Below, one piece after another: positions 1-10,333 of a stretch of 64,000 nucleotides of DNA. The position numbers and the translations under genes are program-made. The stretch comes from Candidatus Aenigmatarchaeota archaeon (GTDB taxonomy: Archaea > Aenigmatarchaeota > Aenigmatarchaeia > PWEA01): the NCBI GenBank assembly GCA_003554845.1, contig PWHK01000020.1, forward strand, positions 6,895 to 70,894. The letters are read 5' to 3'. The notes beneath the pieces are model-generated. The model did not search any database. It was given only the letters and a program-made list of their open reading frames with translations, and was not told where the DNA came from. Position 1 is the first letter of the stretch. Each line of letters starts with the position of its first letter.

Positions 1-76
1 CAAGATACTTTTTACCACCATCCTTCTTCGGGGACATTATAGTATCGCATTCATCACAGTATTCCATTGTAATCAT
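1..76 (-). CDS. partial CDS (N-terminal fragment) of a zinc-ribbon protein, possibly RNA polymerase subunit M/TFS-like
   Basis: Reverse strand from ATG at 74-76 reads MITMEYCDECDTIMSPKKDGGKKYL, a CxxC zinc-ribbon start that runs off the window edge. Resembles the RpoM/TFS N-terminal ribbon. Identity is tentative. Confidence 0.3.
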   Translation of the reverse strand, partial: MITMEYCDECDTIMSPKKDGGKKYL

Positions 77-141
77 CTCAAAGATATAAGTGGCTTATAC
101 CTTTCTTTAAATCATATTTAAATGTTTTGGTTGCCGGAGTA

Positions 142-714
142 TCAGGCCGTCAAAAGTTCTGCAAATCTCAAACTACCGAGTTTTATCCATCCAAGGTAGG
201 GAATCCTCAGTATCTTTTTTCCATGTATATGTTGATCAAGAACTATTTCGCCTGTGCCTTGACATTGATCACAAACAGGGTTGTTGTCTCCCTTGGTGAT
301 ATACATGTTTTCAACATCTACATCTTCATGGTAACCTCTCATATCACTCTCTCTTATATCATCAAAATCTTCCCACGTCTGTATATCAAAGGTTTCCTCG
401 GTTCTCCTTGATTTTAAAACTATTCTGTGTATTATAGGTGTTGGTTTCCATCCATCAAAAACTATTATATCACCGGGACTGTAGTCCTGGGATCCACTGA
501 CAAAGACTATATCACCAGGGTAAAGAACAGGCTTCATCGAATCAGATTCAACAGTTACAACTGGATAGTCTGTTGAAAGGGCAGACGAAAGACCTGCATT
601 GAGCACTATAGCAAGCAGTACACCCAGGGCAAGGTATATTATCCATCCCAGTGGTCCCTCGGTAACATCATTCCACCATTCTTTTACGTCTTCAAGCTCC
701 GCCAATTGATTCAC
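142..714 (-). CDS. signal peptidase I (archaeal Sec11/SPC18 type)
   Basis: N-terminal TM segment then SDSMKPVLYPGDIVFV and GDIIVFDG motifs typical of type I signal peptidase. Confidence 0.75.
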   Translation of the reverse strand: MNQLAELEDVKEWWNDVTEGPLGWIIYLALGVLLAIVLNAGLSSALSTDYPVVTVESDSMKPVLYPGDIVFVSGSQDYSPGDIIVFDGWKPTPIIHRIVLKSRRTEETFDIQTWEDFDDIRESDMRGYHEDVDVENMYITKGDNNPVCDQCQGTGEIVLDQHIHGKKILRIPYLGWIKLGSLRFAELLTA

Positions 715-1282
715 CTTCCTTTATAGCAGATGCTATAAGATGTGAAATTCTTATAGGCTCCGGTGTAATGCTGTTTGAAACACACATTTTAAGGACCTCC
801 CTTGTTTTTTTCTCTGTTATGCCTACGTGCTGGAAGTATAAATTCCCTCGGTCCATAGACAGTTCCTTGAGATCACCAGCCTTCTCTATACATTCCCATC
901 TTCTATCGAAATCCTGTAGACCCTTCATGGCCTTCCTGAAACTTTCAAAGTTTGTATTTTTACGTGTAACAACAACCACAGGAAGCCCTGTTCTCCTGTG
1001 AACCTCCTTTATATCGATGGTATTAAAACCAGCAAAAGTTATTCCATCGAGCATTATAACACGCAGTTGATCTCTGTGTTTGGTTTCCTGTGATGCCCTT
1101 GATATTACCCCAGTGGCATCAAATCCATCTACTGTTATCTCCTCGACCAGTACCCCATCAAGGTACGGTTTTCCACCTCTAACTACACTACCCACAACGG
1201 GTATCTTCTTATCACAGTCATCAAAGGAAGAATCGTCCCAACCTAAAATCCTTATTTCCCCTTTAACCTCTCTTATAGTCAT
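692..1282 (-). CDS. UPF0215/DUF99 family protein
   Basis: 196 aa protein whose composition and length match the archaeal DUF99 family. Sits next to rpoL. Confidence 0.45.
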   Translation of the reverse strand: MTIREVKGEIRILGWDDSSFDDCDKKIPVVGSVVRGGKPYLDGVLVEEITVDGFDATGVISRASQETKHRDQLRVIMLDGITFAGFNTIDIKEVHRRTGLPVVVVTRKNTNFESFRKAMKGLQDFDRRWECIEKAGDLKELSMDRGNLYFQHVGITEKKTREVLKMCVSNSITPEPIRISHLIASAIKEGESIGGA

Positions 1283-1310
1283 CGAAAATCAAACCAACAG
1301 AAAAGAAGGA

Positions 1311-1583
1311 TTAAAATTCTCCTATCTGCTTCTTGATCTCTTCGGCCTCTGTTTTTATTTTTTCAGCAGCCTTCACGACCTCTTCTACAGGATTTCCTTC
1401 CTTTGTTTCAACAAGTAGGCTTATGTTGTCAAGGTATGTATGTCCCTTTCTGTATTCTGCCTTTCCAATCTCTGTGCCTGAATCCCAGATGTTTTGTCGG
1501 AGAAGGTTCACGAGAGAAAATCCTTCCTCTTCAAACTCAAGGTTAAGCTTGTTCTTTCCCTTTCCTCTAATCTTTATGCTCAT
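1311..1583 (-). CDS. rpoL: DNA-directed RNA polymerase subunit L (Rpb11 homolog)
   Basis: 90 aa. The LNLEFEEEGFSLVNLLRQ ... HTYLDNISLLVE pattern matches the RpoL/Rpb11 fold signature. Confidence 0.55.
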   Translation of the reverse strand: MSIKIRGKGKNKLNLEFEEEGFSLVNLLRQNIWDSGTEIGKAEYRKGHTYLDNISLLVETKEGNPVEEVVKAAEKIKTEAEEIKKQIGEF

Positions 1584-1622
1584 GTTATCACAGACTTATT
1601 TTAAGAACAATACTTTTAAAGG

Positions 1623-2576
1623 TTATTCAAAACCAAAGATATCTCCAACTTCGTCTTTATTGAGTACAGGCTGCCTGAATCCTGTTCTATGTTCGACTGC
1701 TATCCTTGGACAGGCTGTATTTACAAGACAGTCCACGTCTATACCTTCCAGTTTATCCTTTGTTATCTCGTCCATAACAAAGATGTATACATCCTTACCA
1801 CAGTCCAAAAGTTTTTTCCTTAGTTCAAAGGCCACGTCTGGCATCGACTGTCCTTTTTTTGTAGTAATAACAATTCCAAAGCTTTCTGCTTGTCTTGCAT
1901 TCTCCTTTGCAACTATCTGTTGCCTTTTGAACCGGTCGAAGTCCAACTTCAACAAATTTTTCTCTTCGAAGTCCAGTCTAAAAATAGGTTTATCCGTCTT
2001 GAGAGCAAGCCCCAGGGGATGGAACTTCCCAGAACCAATATATACATAGCAGTCCACTTTGTCCTCGACCGAAAGAGCTGAAGAAACATCACATCCCAGT
2101 ATCTGTCCCTTTTCTGTTCTTTTTCCTTCTCCCAGAAAAATCTCAAACCCCTTGGACTCGAGGAAACCTCTGGCCTTTTCCAGGGAATGTAAAAAGTTGG
2201 CCGTGGTTAAAAGACCTATTTTTCTGTAGTCCCCAAGAACACCAAGAGACGACTTTAAAACAGGTACTGGATCCATATCGTAGTACCATGGAAAGTACAT
2301 GGTCTTGACTTCCTCGTCTCTGCAGAACCTTGTATGTCCTATGTGGACAAGGAGATCACATCCCAAGTTCCTTGCTTCTATGTCCTTTATATCACAGGCA
2401 CCGTAGCATGGTTCAAGAGAAGCAACCACTTCGACTTCATCATCAAGCCTGTCTTCCAAAACCTTTATCTTCTTTTTGAGTCCATCAGGAACCTGGAGAA
2501 AAACCCTATCTGGATTTTCATCGAGAATTTTGGATATTATATTCCCGATCCGTTCTTGTTCATCCAAATAGATCAC
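1623..2576 (-). CDS. dph2: diphthamide biosynthesis enzyme Dph2 (2-(3-amino-3-carboxypropyl)histidine synthase)
   Basis: 317 aa. LQVPDGLKKK ... CYGACDIKDIEARNLGCDLLVHIGHT matches archaeal Dph2 conserved Cys/His blocks. Confidence 0.8.
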   Translation of the reverse strand: MIYLDEQERIGNIISKILDENPDRVFLQVPDGLKKKIKVLEDRLDDEVEVVASLEPCYGACDIKDIEARNLGCDLLVHIGHTRFCRDEEVKTMYFPWYYDMDPVPVLKSSLGVLGDYRKIGLLTTANFLHSLEKARGFLESKGFEIFLGEGKRTEKGQILGCDVSSALSVEDKVDCYVYIGSGKFHPLGLALKTDKPIFRLDFEEKNLLKLDFDRFKRQQIVAKENARQAESFGIVITTKKGQSMPDVAFELRKKLLDCGKDVYIFVMDEITKDKLEGIDVDCLVNTACPRIAVEHRTGFRQPVLNKDEVGDIFGFE

Positions 2577-3237
2577 CTATCAACGGAAGGTAAGACATTT
2601 CACTTAAAACAGGCCACATGTACGGCATAAGAAGAAGTACCATAAGTAAAATTACAACTACTATCAGTCCCTGTTTGCTTCCCCCCTCACGAAAACCGAA
2701 GGCTATACCTGCAACCATGCCTCCTATATGGGCTACATGTGCAACGTTTCCATGGCCTCCTGTCATGAAGTTTATCACTTCGGATATGGCGATAAATATA
2801 CCTATAAGGGCAAGTGGAAGAGGCAATGGAATAGGATAAGGTATAAAGTCAAAGGGTGCAAGTATTATTGCTGTTCCCATTATCGCAAAGACTGCTCCTG
2901 ATGCTCCTATAACTATCTGTGACATTGGATATGTGAATAGAACAAATAGATTTCCTACTATTCCACCGATAAAAAATATAATAAGAAAGGTTCTCGGTGA
3001 TAGCTGGTCTTCGAGGGCACGACCAAAGAAAAAAAGTGCGATGGAGTTCAATGCAAGGTGAACAGAATTCCCATGGAGAAAAATCGATGTTACAAGTGTC
3101 CATACTCTACCCTGGGTTAAATTTTCACCTGAAAATCCAAATTCATCAAAGACTGCATCTGTATCGAAGTAAAACCACACGGCAGTAGATATAACTAAAA
3201 TAACTATTATCATGAGATACGTAATTTTCGGTCTCAT
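2560..3237 (-). CDS. rhomboid family intramembrane serine protease
   Basis: Polytopic membrane protein with GASGAVFAIMG (GxSG) and a downstream His in a TM helix. Confidence 0.75.
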   Translation of the reverse strand: MRPKITYLMIIVILVISTAVWFYFDTDAVFDEFGFSGENLTQGRVWTLVTSIFLHGNSVHLALNSIALFFFGRALEDQLSPRTFLIIFFIGGIVGNLFVLFTYPMSQIVIGASGAVFAIMGTAIILAPFDFIPYPIPLPLPLALIGIFIAISEVINFMTGGHGNVAHVAHIGGMVAGIAFGFREGGSKQGLIVVVILLMVLLLMPYMWPVLSEMSYLPLIGDLFG

Positions 3238-3241
3238 GAGA

Positions 3242-5353
3242 CTACCTCATTCTTTCCAGCAGAAGCTTTTTCTCTATCCTTGCCACTGTATTCTTTACCT
3301 GACCTATTTTCTCGGGTCTTACTAAAACTGCATCGACGCCGTTTTCTATAAGTTTCCTGAGAAATCTTTTGTCGGATATATCCGAAACTGCTACCTTCCT
3401 ACCTGAATCTCTGCACGTATCGCAGAACTCTTCGATCGAACTCCAGAAAATATCGGAACCGAAAACAGTTGCTCTGTTTTCATGACCAAAGAAAAGGTTA
3501 ACCAGATCTTCGAAATCAAGAAGGAAAAAGTCTGCACTGGAATACTGGATCCCATCGACGGAAAGAAGGGACTCAGGTGTATCAACAACAAGACCTATCC
3601 CAACACCATCGGAAAGATTGAGCGAATCTATCTTCTTTTTGAGATCTTTGGAGTCCTGGGCAGAAATCAAAACATTTATGTTTCCAGGATTCCTGCCAAT
3701 AGATCCGAGAACCTCCGATAGTTTCTCCATCCCACCACTGGAACCATCGGGCTTAAGCCAAAGGTCCTTGTTCTGTGGATATCTTGAAAGTTTATCCGAA
3801 AAATCCCTTTCACGGGACATACCAAATCCCATACTGGATCTTCCTGTATCACGTAAAACAACTACACAGCCTTCTGCTTCTTCGGGTTCAGGCTTGAAGT
3901 CTTCGGAGTCCGTTAAAACCATCAACTCTGTGGCAGTTATCGAATCTATGTTCTGTGTCATAAGATTGTCTTCCTGTCTGTTTTCTTCCCAGTTCGAACC
4001 ATCCGATTCAAAGCCTCCTGTGACCTCGGAAAAAACAAGCCCCTGGAAAGCATCAATATATACATTTTCATCCTCTGAAAGCGATCCACCGTTTGAATCG
4101 TCAATAACAACGAAGGGTATATCCAGTTCCCTGGCGATCTTTGCCTGATGTGAAGAGTAACCACCCGAATTCGACAGAATAGCCTCAGGACTCCTTGTCA
4201 AAATCTCAAAAACCGAGGCCATATTCTTCAAGAGTACCTTACTATCTGAACTTCTCTCGGACCTTGTTATCTCACCTGAAACCTTACCCGGACTTACCCC
4301 AAGTCCCTCGCATATGATATCATCATGTGATCTACCATCGTCCCGGGGAGATCTATTCTTAAGGGTCGTAATATCAAGTACAAAAATATCTCCGTTTCTC
4401 GAACAGGCCTCTATCATTACAGACGAACCAAACCTTGAAGCTACCTTTCTTATCCTGGACATAAACTCATCGGCCTCCCTTCTATCAAGGACAGGTCTGT
4501 TCTTTTTACTGGAGGGAGAAGGCTGTCTTTCTATCTTTCCTGTAGATGGATTTTTCTCCTGCATCCATTCCCTGGTATTTGTCCTCTTATCCACAAGGGA
4601 TCCGTTTCTATCAAAGAAATACATGTCAGGACTGACTTCCCCTTCAAACATAAGATTACCAAAACCATAGACACCTTCAAGAACGGACCTCTCGGGGTTA
4701 CAAGGGTCCATTTCAAGGTACGAAAACGTCTTGTCTGGGACTATCATCTTCTGGACAAGAACACCTAGGGGTACATCATGTGGATAACCTCTCTTCTCTC
4801 TGTAGTATATTGCCTCTGGACTGTAAAAGCTCTTCCAGACCTCCTTAACCTCCTTTACCAGGTTGTCGATGCCCTTGATATTGAGTGTGGTTCTGTATAT
4901 GGAAGGCGATGAATTTCCATTTCTCTTGGGAGAAGATCTCACGACGACAGGTGGATTGTCCCTACCTGCCTTTATCAGTTCCATGGCTTTGCGTCCTGCC
5001 TTTTTGGCTTCAGAAGATATAACAAAATTCTTGTACGCCTCCTCAAGTTCTTTCTTCAAATTAACAGAAATGTTTACGTTTTCGAAGAGATCCATTATCT
5101 CTCTGCTAGAGTCCTTTAGATCGTTTTTATCCTCTATTCTTGTCCTAGCAAGAATAGAAAGTATCTTTTGGTGAAGACCGTTTCTTTCGAGAAAGTTTCT
5201 GAAAGCCTCGTTTGTTACAACAAAACCCTGTGGGACCCTGGAAGTATCAGAAACTGCGGCCAGAGAAGCTGCTTTACTCCCTGCTATGTCCTCATCCTGT
5301 GCATCATCAAGAGAAAGTATATTCTTCATACTATCAATACTTTGGGTTATCAA
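3242..5353 (-). CDS. PEP-utilizing enzyme family protein (PEP synthase / pyruvate phosphate dikinase-like)
   Basis: N-terminal PPDK-type nucleotide-binding start (GSKAASLAAV ... VPQGFVVT) and central phosphohistidine mobile domain GGYSSHQAKIARELDIPFVV. Confidence 0.6.
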   Translation of the reverse strand: MITQSIDSMKNILSLDDAQDEDIAGSKAASLAAVSDTSRVPQGFVVTNEAFRNFLERNGLHQKILSILARTRIEDKNDLKDSSREIMDLFENVNISVNLKKELEEAYKNFVISSEAKKAGRKAMELIKAGRDNPPVVVRSSPKRNGNSSPSIYRTTLNIKGIDNLVKEVKEVWKSFYSPEAIYYREKRGYPHDVPLGVLVQKMIVPDKTFSYLEMDPCNPERSVLEGVYGFGNLMFEGEVSPDMYFFDRNGSLVDKRTNTREWMQEKNPSTGKIERQPSPSSKKNRPVLDRREADEFMSRIRKVASRFGSSVMIEACSRNGDIFVLDITTLKNRSPRDDGRSHDDIICEGLGVSPGKVSGEITRSERSSDSKVLLKNMASVFEILTRSPEAILSNSGGYSSHQAKIARELDIPFVVIDDSNGGSLSEDENVYIDAFQGLVFSEVTGGFESDGSNWEENRQEDNLMTQNIDSITATELMVLTDSEDFKPEPEEAEGCVVVLRDTGRSSMGFGMSRERDFSDKLSRYPQNKDLWLKPDGSSGGMEKLSEVLGSIGRNPGNINVLISAQDSKDLKKKIDSLNLSDGVGIGLVVDTPESLLSVDGIQYSSADFFLLDFEDLVNLFFGHENRATVFGSDIFWSSIEEFCDTCRDSGRKVAVSDISDKRFLRKLIENGVDAVLVRPEKIGQVKNTVARIEKKLLLERMR

Positions 5354-5378
5354 TTAAATAACTTAGGAGGGTCCCAAA

Positions 5379-5915
5379 TCAAGAGTATTTATCAAGACCC
5401 TTGATCGTACATGAACATGGAAGTTTGTGCATTGCTCTTCTGAGCGTCTCTCTTGCAACGTCGAGATTGTTTTCAGGTACCCGTATAAGCATAAACTCCT
5501 GTCCTTTGTTCAACCTTGCTGCCCTTCCTATTGGGTTTCCAAAGGCCTTGGTCATACCTTCCTGAAATCTGTCTGCTCCTGCACCTGTAGCAAGAGGATT
5601 TTCACGAAGTACGTGGTGTGGATAAACAAGGAGCTTTAAAAAGTAGTTCTTCTCCCCGAGATTGTCCTTAAGGTACTTATTGGCATTCATTCTGGCAGCT
5701 TCTATAGCATTATGCCTTATCTGTATATCCCTATCAACAGCAAGCCTTAGTTCTATCCTGTAGTCGTCCTTGTTCTTCAGATCGCCGTTCTCGAAGTCCC
5801 TGGTCTTTATGGCAGGAACTCCCTTGATGTAACTCTTACGAGGTCTTCTCTGACTTACCCTTGTGTAGGGTTTGTTGTCCTTGTCACGGTAACATCTTCC
5901 TGGTCTTAGTCCCAT
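5379..5915 (-). CDS. rpl10e: 50S ribosomal protein L10e (uL16)
   Basis: MGLRPGRCYR ... start and full-length similarity to archaeal L10e. TATA-like tatttaaata about 30 nt upstream. Confidence 0.9.
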   Translation of the reverse strand: MGLRPGRCYRDKDNKPYTRVSQRRPRKSYIKGVPAIKTRDFENGDLKNKDDYRIELRLAVDRDIQIRHNAIEAARMNANKYLKDNLGEKNYFLKLLVYPHHVLRENPLATGAGADRFQEGMTKAFGNPIGRAARLNKGQEFMLIRVPENNLDVARETLRRAMHKLPCSCTIKGLDKYS

Positions 5916-5962
5916 AATTTCACCTTCAACTATTTTTAGGAGGTATATTTAAATATTTTGTC

Positions 5963-6445
5963 TCACTGGTTGTCATACTCTTCTACTTCATTGTCTATGA
6001 TCTCAAGGGCTATACCTGCCTTCTGGAATATCCTTTTCGTATCATCGGATGTATGGTAGTCCTTCCTACAGACAACTCTTTTTATACCGGCATTGATTAT
6101 CATCTTTGCACACGTATAACAGGGTGTCATCTTACAGTAGATTGTTGCTCCCTCGAGAGAAACACCTATTCTGGCCGCCTGAACTATGGCATTCTGTTCG
6201 GCATGTGTAGTTCTCACACAGTGCTTGCTACTTGTACCGTCCTTGTGTGTAACCTCCTTCATCTCGTGGCCTATTTCATCACAGTGTGGTAGTCCAGAAG
6301 GAGCACCTACGTAGCCTGTTGTCAGTATTCTCTTGTTGTTTGCTATAACACAGCCACTTCTTCCACGGTCACAAGTAGCCCTTTCAGCAACTACATCGGA
6401 TACCTTCAGAAAGTATTCGTCCCAGGACGGTCTTTTGTGTGTCAT
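5963..6445 (-). CDS. dCMP deaminase (cytidine/deoxycytidylate deaminase family)
   Basis: HAEQNAI ... PCYTCAKMIINAGIKRV zinc-binding deaminase motifs. Confidence 0.8.
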   Translation of the reverse strand: MTHKRPSWDEYFLKVSDVVAERATCDRGRSGCVIANNKRILTTGYVGAPSGLPHCDEIGHEMKEVTHKDGTSSKHCVRTTHAEQNAIVQAARIGVSLEGATIYCKMTPCYTCAKMIINAGIKRVVCRKDYHTSDDTKRIFQKAGIALEIIDNEVEEYDNQ

Positions 6446-6450
6446 TTATA

Positions 6451-7686
6451 TCAAAACGGTGTCAACCAGTCAGATATTTTCTCTCCGATGGTTTTACTTT
6501 CTCTCTCTTCCTTCTCCTTCTTTTTCATCTTCTTTACATTTTTCATTATTATCTTTTCTGCTTCGTCGACTGCATCGGCATCGTTTCCAACTCCAACGGA
6601 TATTCCAACACCGACTACAATTATACTACTTCCCTCGGGTGATCTCATTACAGACTTCTTTACCGCCTTCTTTACATCAGGGATTGCTTCGTATATCTCC
6701 TTCTTCATAGGTCTTACAACATCCTCCATGGGATCTTGATTTATCCCTATTGACTCGATTGTTATATCGTTCTCAACTGCTATATCCTCTATCCAATGTC
6801 TTTCTGCATTTCCCCTTGGTCCCATCGCAAAACCTATTCCCTCGACAACACTGCCCCTCTCTTCTCCCTTGAGCATTCCCTTTGCATCTATAGGTATTAT
6901 CTTATCTATGTCGTTTTCTTCAGTTATACTTTCGACTGCTTCATGAACTTCACCGAGGACTGCAGCGGGACCGTTTGGCTTTATTATAAACACCTTTCTT
7001 CTCTCTATATCCTTTTCTGCACAGACCTGATCCTCTGCGATCTCCTCTACATCGGCATCTCCTATAAGAGATGCAGCACAAAGTGGTCCTATCGAATCAC
7101 CGACGGGTTCTTCGTTTGCAAAGCACATAACACTTTCCTTTAGCATCTTTATCTGTTTCTCTATAAACGGCATCTGCATCTTCAGGATCATTCCTATCTG
7201 AAGGTTCTTCGTTTCCTTCACCAGTTCGAGCATATGTCTTACTATCTTGGATATCTGCTGGACCGCTGTAGCGTGTACAGTTGCTGCAGCAAGGCTCTTC
7301 TTTTTGTTTCCCTCTAGTTCAGATATATCACCTATAAACTGCCTGTATCTTTCGTCATGTATATCATACATCTGCTTTATCTTTTTCATAACTCCAGAGG
7401 GATCTGTCTGTTCCGGTGGAACTGTAAACATATCTACAATTCTATCGAAGTTTTCTCTGAGCTTCTTTGAAGAAAGTTCGCTCTTCTTTTCTAGATGATC
7501 GACAAGATCCTTTCTTGCTTCATCGGACATGGATTCAAACTTTACAACCTTCTCCTGGAGTTTCTGGACCAGCTGATAGATCATAAGCTTTGGGTAGAAC
7601 ATGAAGAATGTTATGATTAAAGCAAACCAGAGAATCCTCGTCCACCAGTCTCCGTTTCCAAAGAACTGGGCCAACATCTCTAACAT
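6451..7686 (-). CDS. hypothetical membrane-anchored protein (possibly DUF1512-like)
   Basis: 411 aa. N-terminal TM helix then a charged soluble domain. No confident family match from sequence alone. Confidence 0.4.
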   Translation of the reverse strand: MLEMLAQFFGNGDWWTRILWFALIITFFMFYPKLMIYQLVQKLQEKVVKFESMSDEARKDLVDHLEKKSELSSKKLRENFDRIVDMFTVPPEQTDPSGVMKKIKQMYDIHDERYRQFIGDISELEGNKKKSLAAATVHATAVQQISKIVRHMLELVKETKNLQIGMILKMQMPFIEKQIKMLKESVMCFANEEPVGDSIGPLCAASLIGDADVEEIAEDQVCAEKDIERRKVFIIKPNGPAAVLGEVHEAVESITEENDIDKIIPIDAKGMLKGEERGSVVEGIGFAMGPRGNAERHWIEDIAVENDITIESIGINQDPMEDVVRPMKKEIYEAIPDVKKAVKKSVMRSPEGSSIIVVGVGISVGVGNDADAVDEAEKIIMKNVKKMKKKEKEERESKTIGEKISDWLTPF

Positions 7687-7735
7687 AATACCCCGAGGTT
7701 AACTTTATCGCTTTTGTTTTTAAAGGTTTACATGC

Positions 7736-8428
7736 CTATCCGAGATTTTCCTTGATCTTCCGAAGAAAACCTATAACTGTATTGGCCTCTCTACTTGATA
7801 TCATAGCCCTTCCAAATATGTTTTTAAGAGAAAGGCCAAGGGGACCTCTTCTGTAATCCTCTATATCCACCCCTTCAACTATAGAGTCAAGGTTTTCCAT
7901 AAGAACCCTTTTCTGATCCTTTCCTGCAAGCTTGTATGTTTCGCTGCCATGGGAACCACTGAGTTCGTAGAGAAGTATTGCAACTGCATGGGAAAGATTG
8001 AAAACAGGGTATTCGCCGTTGGCCGGTATATGGCAAAGAAAATCAGCCTCGGCGATCTCATCGTTTCTCAGACCCTTCGACTCAGGACCAAAAACAAGCG
8101 CAACCTTCCCTTCGACGCCCTGGAGTTTATCTCTAAGAGCAACAGGGGTTATTGCATTCCGGAGTACATTGTACCCACCGCCTGTCTCCGATGAGGTCGA
8201 AACAACCAGATCGTATCTGTCCCAGTCTATCCTATCCACTGTTTTGGCTCCACCAAGAACATCCTTTGCATGTTTGGCCCTGTGTTCTGCCTCGTCTTCT
8301 ATCTCACAGGGATCAACAAGAACAAGATTTTTAAATCCGAAGTTCTTCATGGCCCTGGCCACGGCTCCTATATTTCCAGGCGTCTCCGGCCTTACCAACA
8401 CCACCGTTAGATCGTATTTTACATCCAT
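7736..8428 (-). CDS. SpoU/TrmH family RNA 2'-O-methyltransferase (TrmJ-like)
   Basis: LVRPETPGNIGAVARAMKNFGF start and C-terminal SPOUT knot region. Confidence 0.7.
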   Translation of the reverse strand: MDVKYDLTVVLVRPETPGNIGAVARAMKNFGFKNLVLVDPCEIEDEAEHRAKHAKDVLGGAKTVDRIDWDRYDLVVSTSSETGGGYNVLRNAITPVALRDKLQGVEGKVALVFGPESKGLRNDEIAEADFLCHIPANGEYPVFNLSHAVAILLYELSGSHGSETYKLAGKDQKRVLMENLDSIVEGVDIEDYRRGPLGLSLKNIFGRAMISSREANTVIGFLRKIKENLG

Positions 8429-8485
8429 ACAAAAACCAGGACATCAGAAAATTGTTTCTTTTACTTTTTAACTTTACAGTTCCGG

Positions 8486-9262
8486 TTGCGCAAAGGGGTA
8501 AAATATATCGTACAGAAATGGACGATGTACCCCATGGACAGAGTATTTAAACCACCGGTACCAAAAAACCAGTATATGGAAAGAGGCACTAATACCTCCA
8601 TACTTCTGGCAGTTATAGCTGCATCCCTGCTTTTGTTTGGAGGGATACTCAGAGACATAGGCGAAGATATCCCACTAGAAGAAGGAATGGGAATCCTGAG
8701 GAGAGTGAAGAATCTTCTGTCCGACTCCATAAGAAATGGAGTAACAGTTAGAAGGGATCTGAAGTTCAATGGGTCGGTAGAACACAACGAAGCCTTTGTT
8801 TTTGAAGAGGTGGGCCCTGAAGAGATAGGTTTGGAGTACTACCCAGAGGAAACCGATGTATCCGTAGACGGAAAGAGGATAGCCGTTGAAGGCCAGAGGA
8901 CAAACATCAGGATCAAAAAATTCCGAGGCTCACTTGAAATAAGCAACGAAACCGTTACTCTGGTGGGTGACACAGAATTATTTTCATCAGATACCACGGC
9001 CATGGAGAACGGTTTCATGGAAGTTTCCGTAAATGGAACGTACGAAACAGTGGATATTGTAAACATAAGGATAAACGAACTCGACTATGGTTCACCTGTT
9101 GGTGTGTTTGACATCGGTAGATCAATCACCACAACTCTCAATGGAAACCCGACAACTGTACATGCCTTTTATGGAAATATGAGTATACAGCCTGGTAAAT
9201 CTACTCTGTCGGGTGATGCAAGCAGAATAAGACTGGGTAACCATACCATCAGTGCAAGTTAA
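8486..9262 (+). CDS. hypothetical N-terminally anchored extracellular protein; start probably at ATG 8576 (MERGTNTSILLAVIAASLLLFGG)
   Basis: Open frame with an internal TATA-like box tatttaaacc about 25 nt before ATG 8576. Hydrophobic N-terminus and several N-x-S/T sites. Confidence 0.4.
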   Translation: MRKGVKYIVQKWTMYPMDRVFKPPVPKNQYMERGTNTSILLAVIAASLLLFGGILRDIGEDIPLEEGMGILRRVKNLLSDSIRNGVTVRRDLKFNGSVEHNEAFVFEEVGPEEIGLEYYPEETDVSVDGKRIAVEGQRTNIRIKKFRGSLEISNETVTLVGDTELFSSDTTAMENGFMEVSVNGTYETVDIVNIRINELDYGSPVGVFDIGRSITTTLNGNPTTVHAFYGNMSIQPGKSTLSGDASRIRLGNHTISAS

Positions 9263-9697
9263 TCATCTGTCTTCTTCCTTGATTCTTTCTTCAATCTCTG
9301 AATCAAGTTCATCCCTTGTAACAACATCCTTGCTCTTTGAAAACATCTTTCTGAGAGGCCATGTTATTACTTTGAGTACCTTTGTTATGGTACCCATGAA
9401 GATATATCCTATGTATAGTACGAGTGCAAAGAGACCGTAGGATATAAGTGATTCAATACCTATTGCCATGCTTGTACCAAAGAAGTTGTTTGCAAAGATC
9501 GGAAATACTGCTCCTGCAACAAAAACGAGCATCCCATGGAAGGCTATCTTTAGCGATTTGTATATAAGGTAGACAAATATAACAAAAACAACAACAGGCA
9601 TGAAGCTATATAGATCTACACCAAAACCCATGAACTGCTCCGGAAGAACCGAAGATATAAGAGATACAACAAAATCAATTAGGCCCGATAGTGGCAT
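9263..9697 (-). CDS. hypothetical polytopic membrane protein
   Basis: 144 aa with about 4 predicted TM helices. Confidence 0.4.
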   Translation of the reverse strand: MPLSGLIDFVVSLISSVLPEQFMGFGVDLYSFMPVVVFVIFVYLIYKSLKIAFHGMLVFVAGAVFPIFANNFFGTSMAIGIESLISYGLFALVLYIGYIFMGTITKVLKVITWPLRKMFSKSKDVVTRDELDSEIEERIKEEDR

Positions 9698-9742
9698 AAA
9701 GAAGACTACTCTTCTACAAATAAAAATGTTCAGTTGGTGGTT

Positions 9743-10327
9743 CTACGATATAAGTAACACGTAAAGTGTTTCCCATGGTATCTTTTTCTCTGCCTTAACT
9801 TCTACTTGGAACCCTCTATCGGAAAAAAGAGATCTTGTCTTTTCAATGTCTGTAAGAGAAGAAACAAGAAGGAGAATTCTTCCGTCTTTGGAAAGATAGT
9901 TTCCGACATCTTCAGAAAACCTCCTTATGACATCTAAACCATCCTCTCCCCCAAACCACTGCTCGCTTCCTTCAATCTGTTCTTCGTCCTCGTTGCCTGG
10001 AAGATACGGTGGGTTAAAAACCACGAGGTCGAACTCACCGTCCACATTCTCAAAGAGATCGCTACACACAAACTCCACGTTTCGGAGACCATTTTTCGAA
10101 GCATTTTCAGCGGCAAGGTTAATTGCTTCTTTGTTTATATCAACCCCAACAACTTCTTTACATCTCTTTGCAGCAACCATGGACAGAATTCCAGTTCCTG
10201 TACCCATGTCCAATACTCTGTCTTCCTTCCTGAGTTCATCCCCGAGGACTTTTACAAGGAGAAATGTATCCTCTCTTGGAACATAGACCTCAATGGAAAG
10301 ATCGAGATCAAGGCCAAAGAAATCCAT
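9743..10327 (-). CDS. HemK/Mtq2-like N5-glutamine (NPPY) methyltransferase
   Basis: VLDMGTGTGIL SAM-binding motif and NPPY catalytic motif. Confidence 0.7.
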   Translation of the reverse strand: MDFFGLDLDLSIEVYVPREDTFLLVKVLGDELRKEDRVLDMGTGTGILSMVAAKRCKEVVGVDINKEAINLAAENASKNGLRNVEFVCSDLFENVDGEFDLVVFNPPYLPGNEDEEQIEGSEQWFGGEDGLDVIRRFSEDVGNYLSKDGRILLLVSSLTDIEKTRSLFSDRGFQVEVKAEKKIPWETLYVLLIS

Positions 10328-10333
10328 AAAACA

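Noticed and set aside
127-411. 94-aa plus-strand ORF
   Set aside because: Lies inside and antisense to the signal peptidase gene.
3618-4148. 176-aa plus-strand ORF
   Set aside because: Antisense to the PEP-utilizing enzyme gene. Ser/Pro/Phe-rich shadow frame.
8461-8787. 108-aa minus-strand ORF
   Set aside because: Overlaps the 5' part of the plus-strand 8486/8576-9262 gene and has no supporting signals. Judged spurious.
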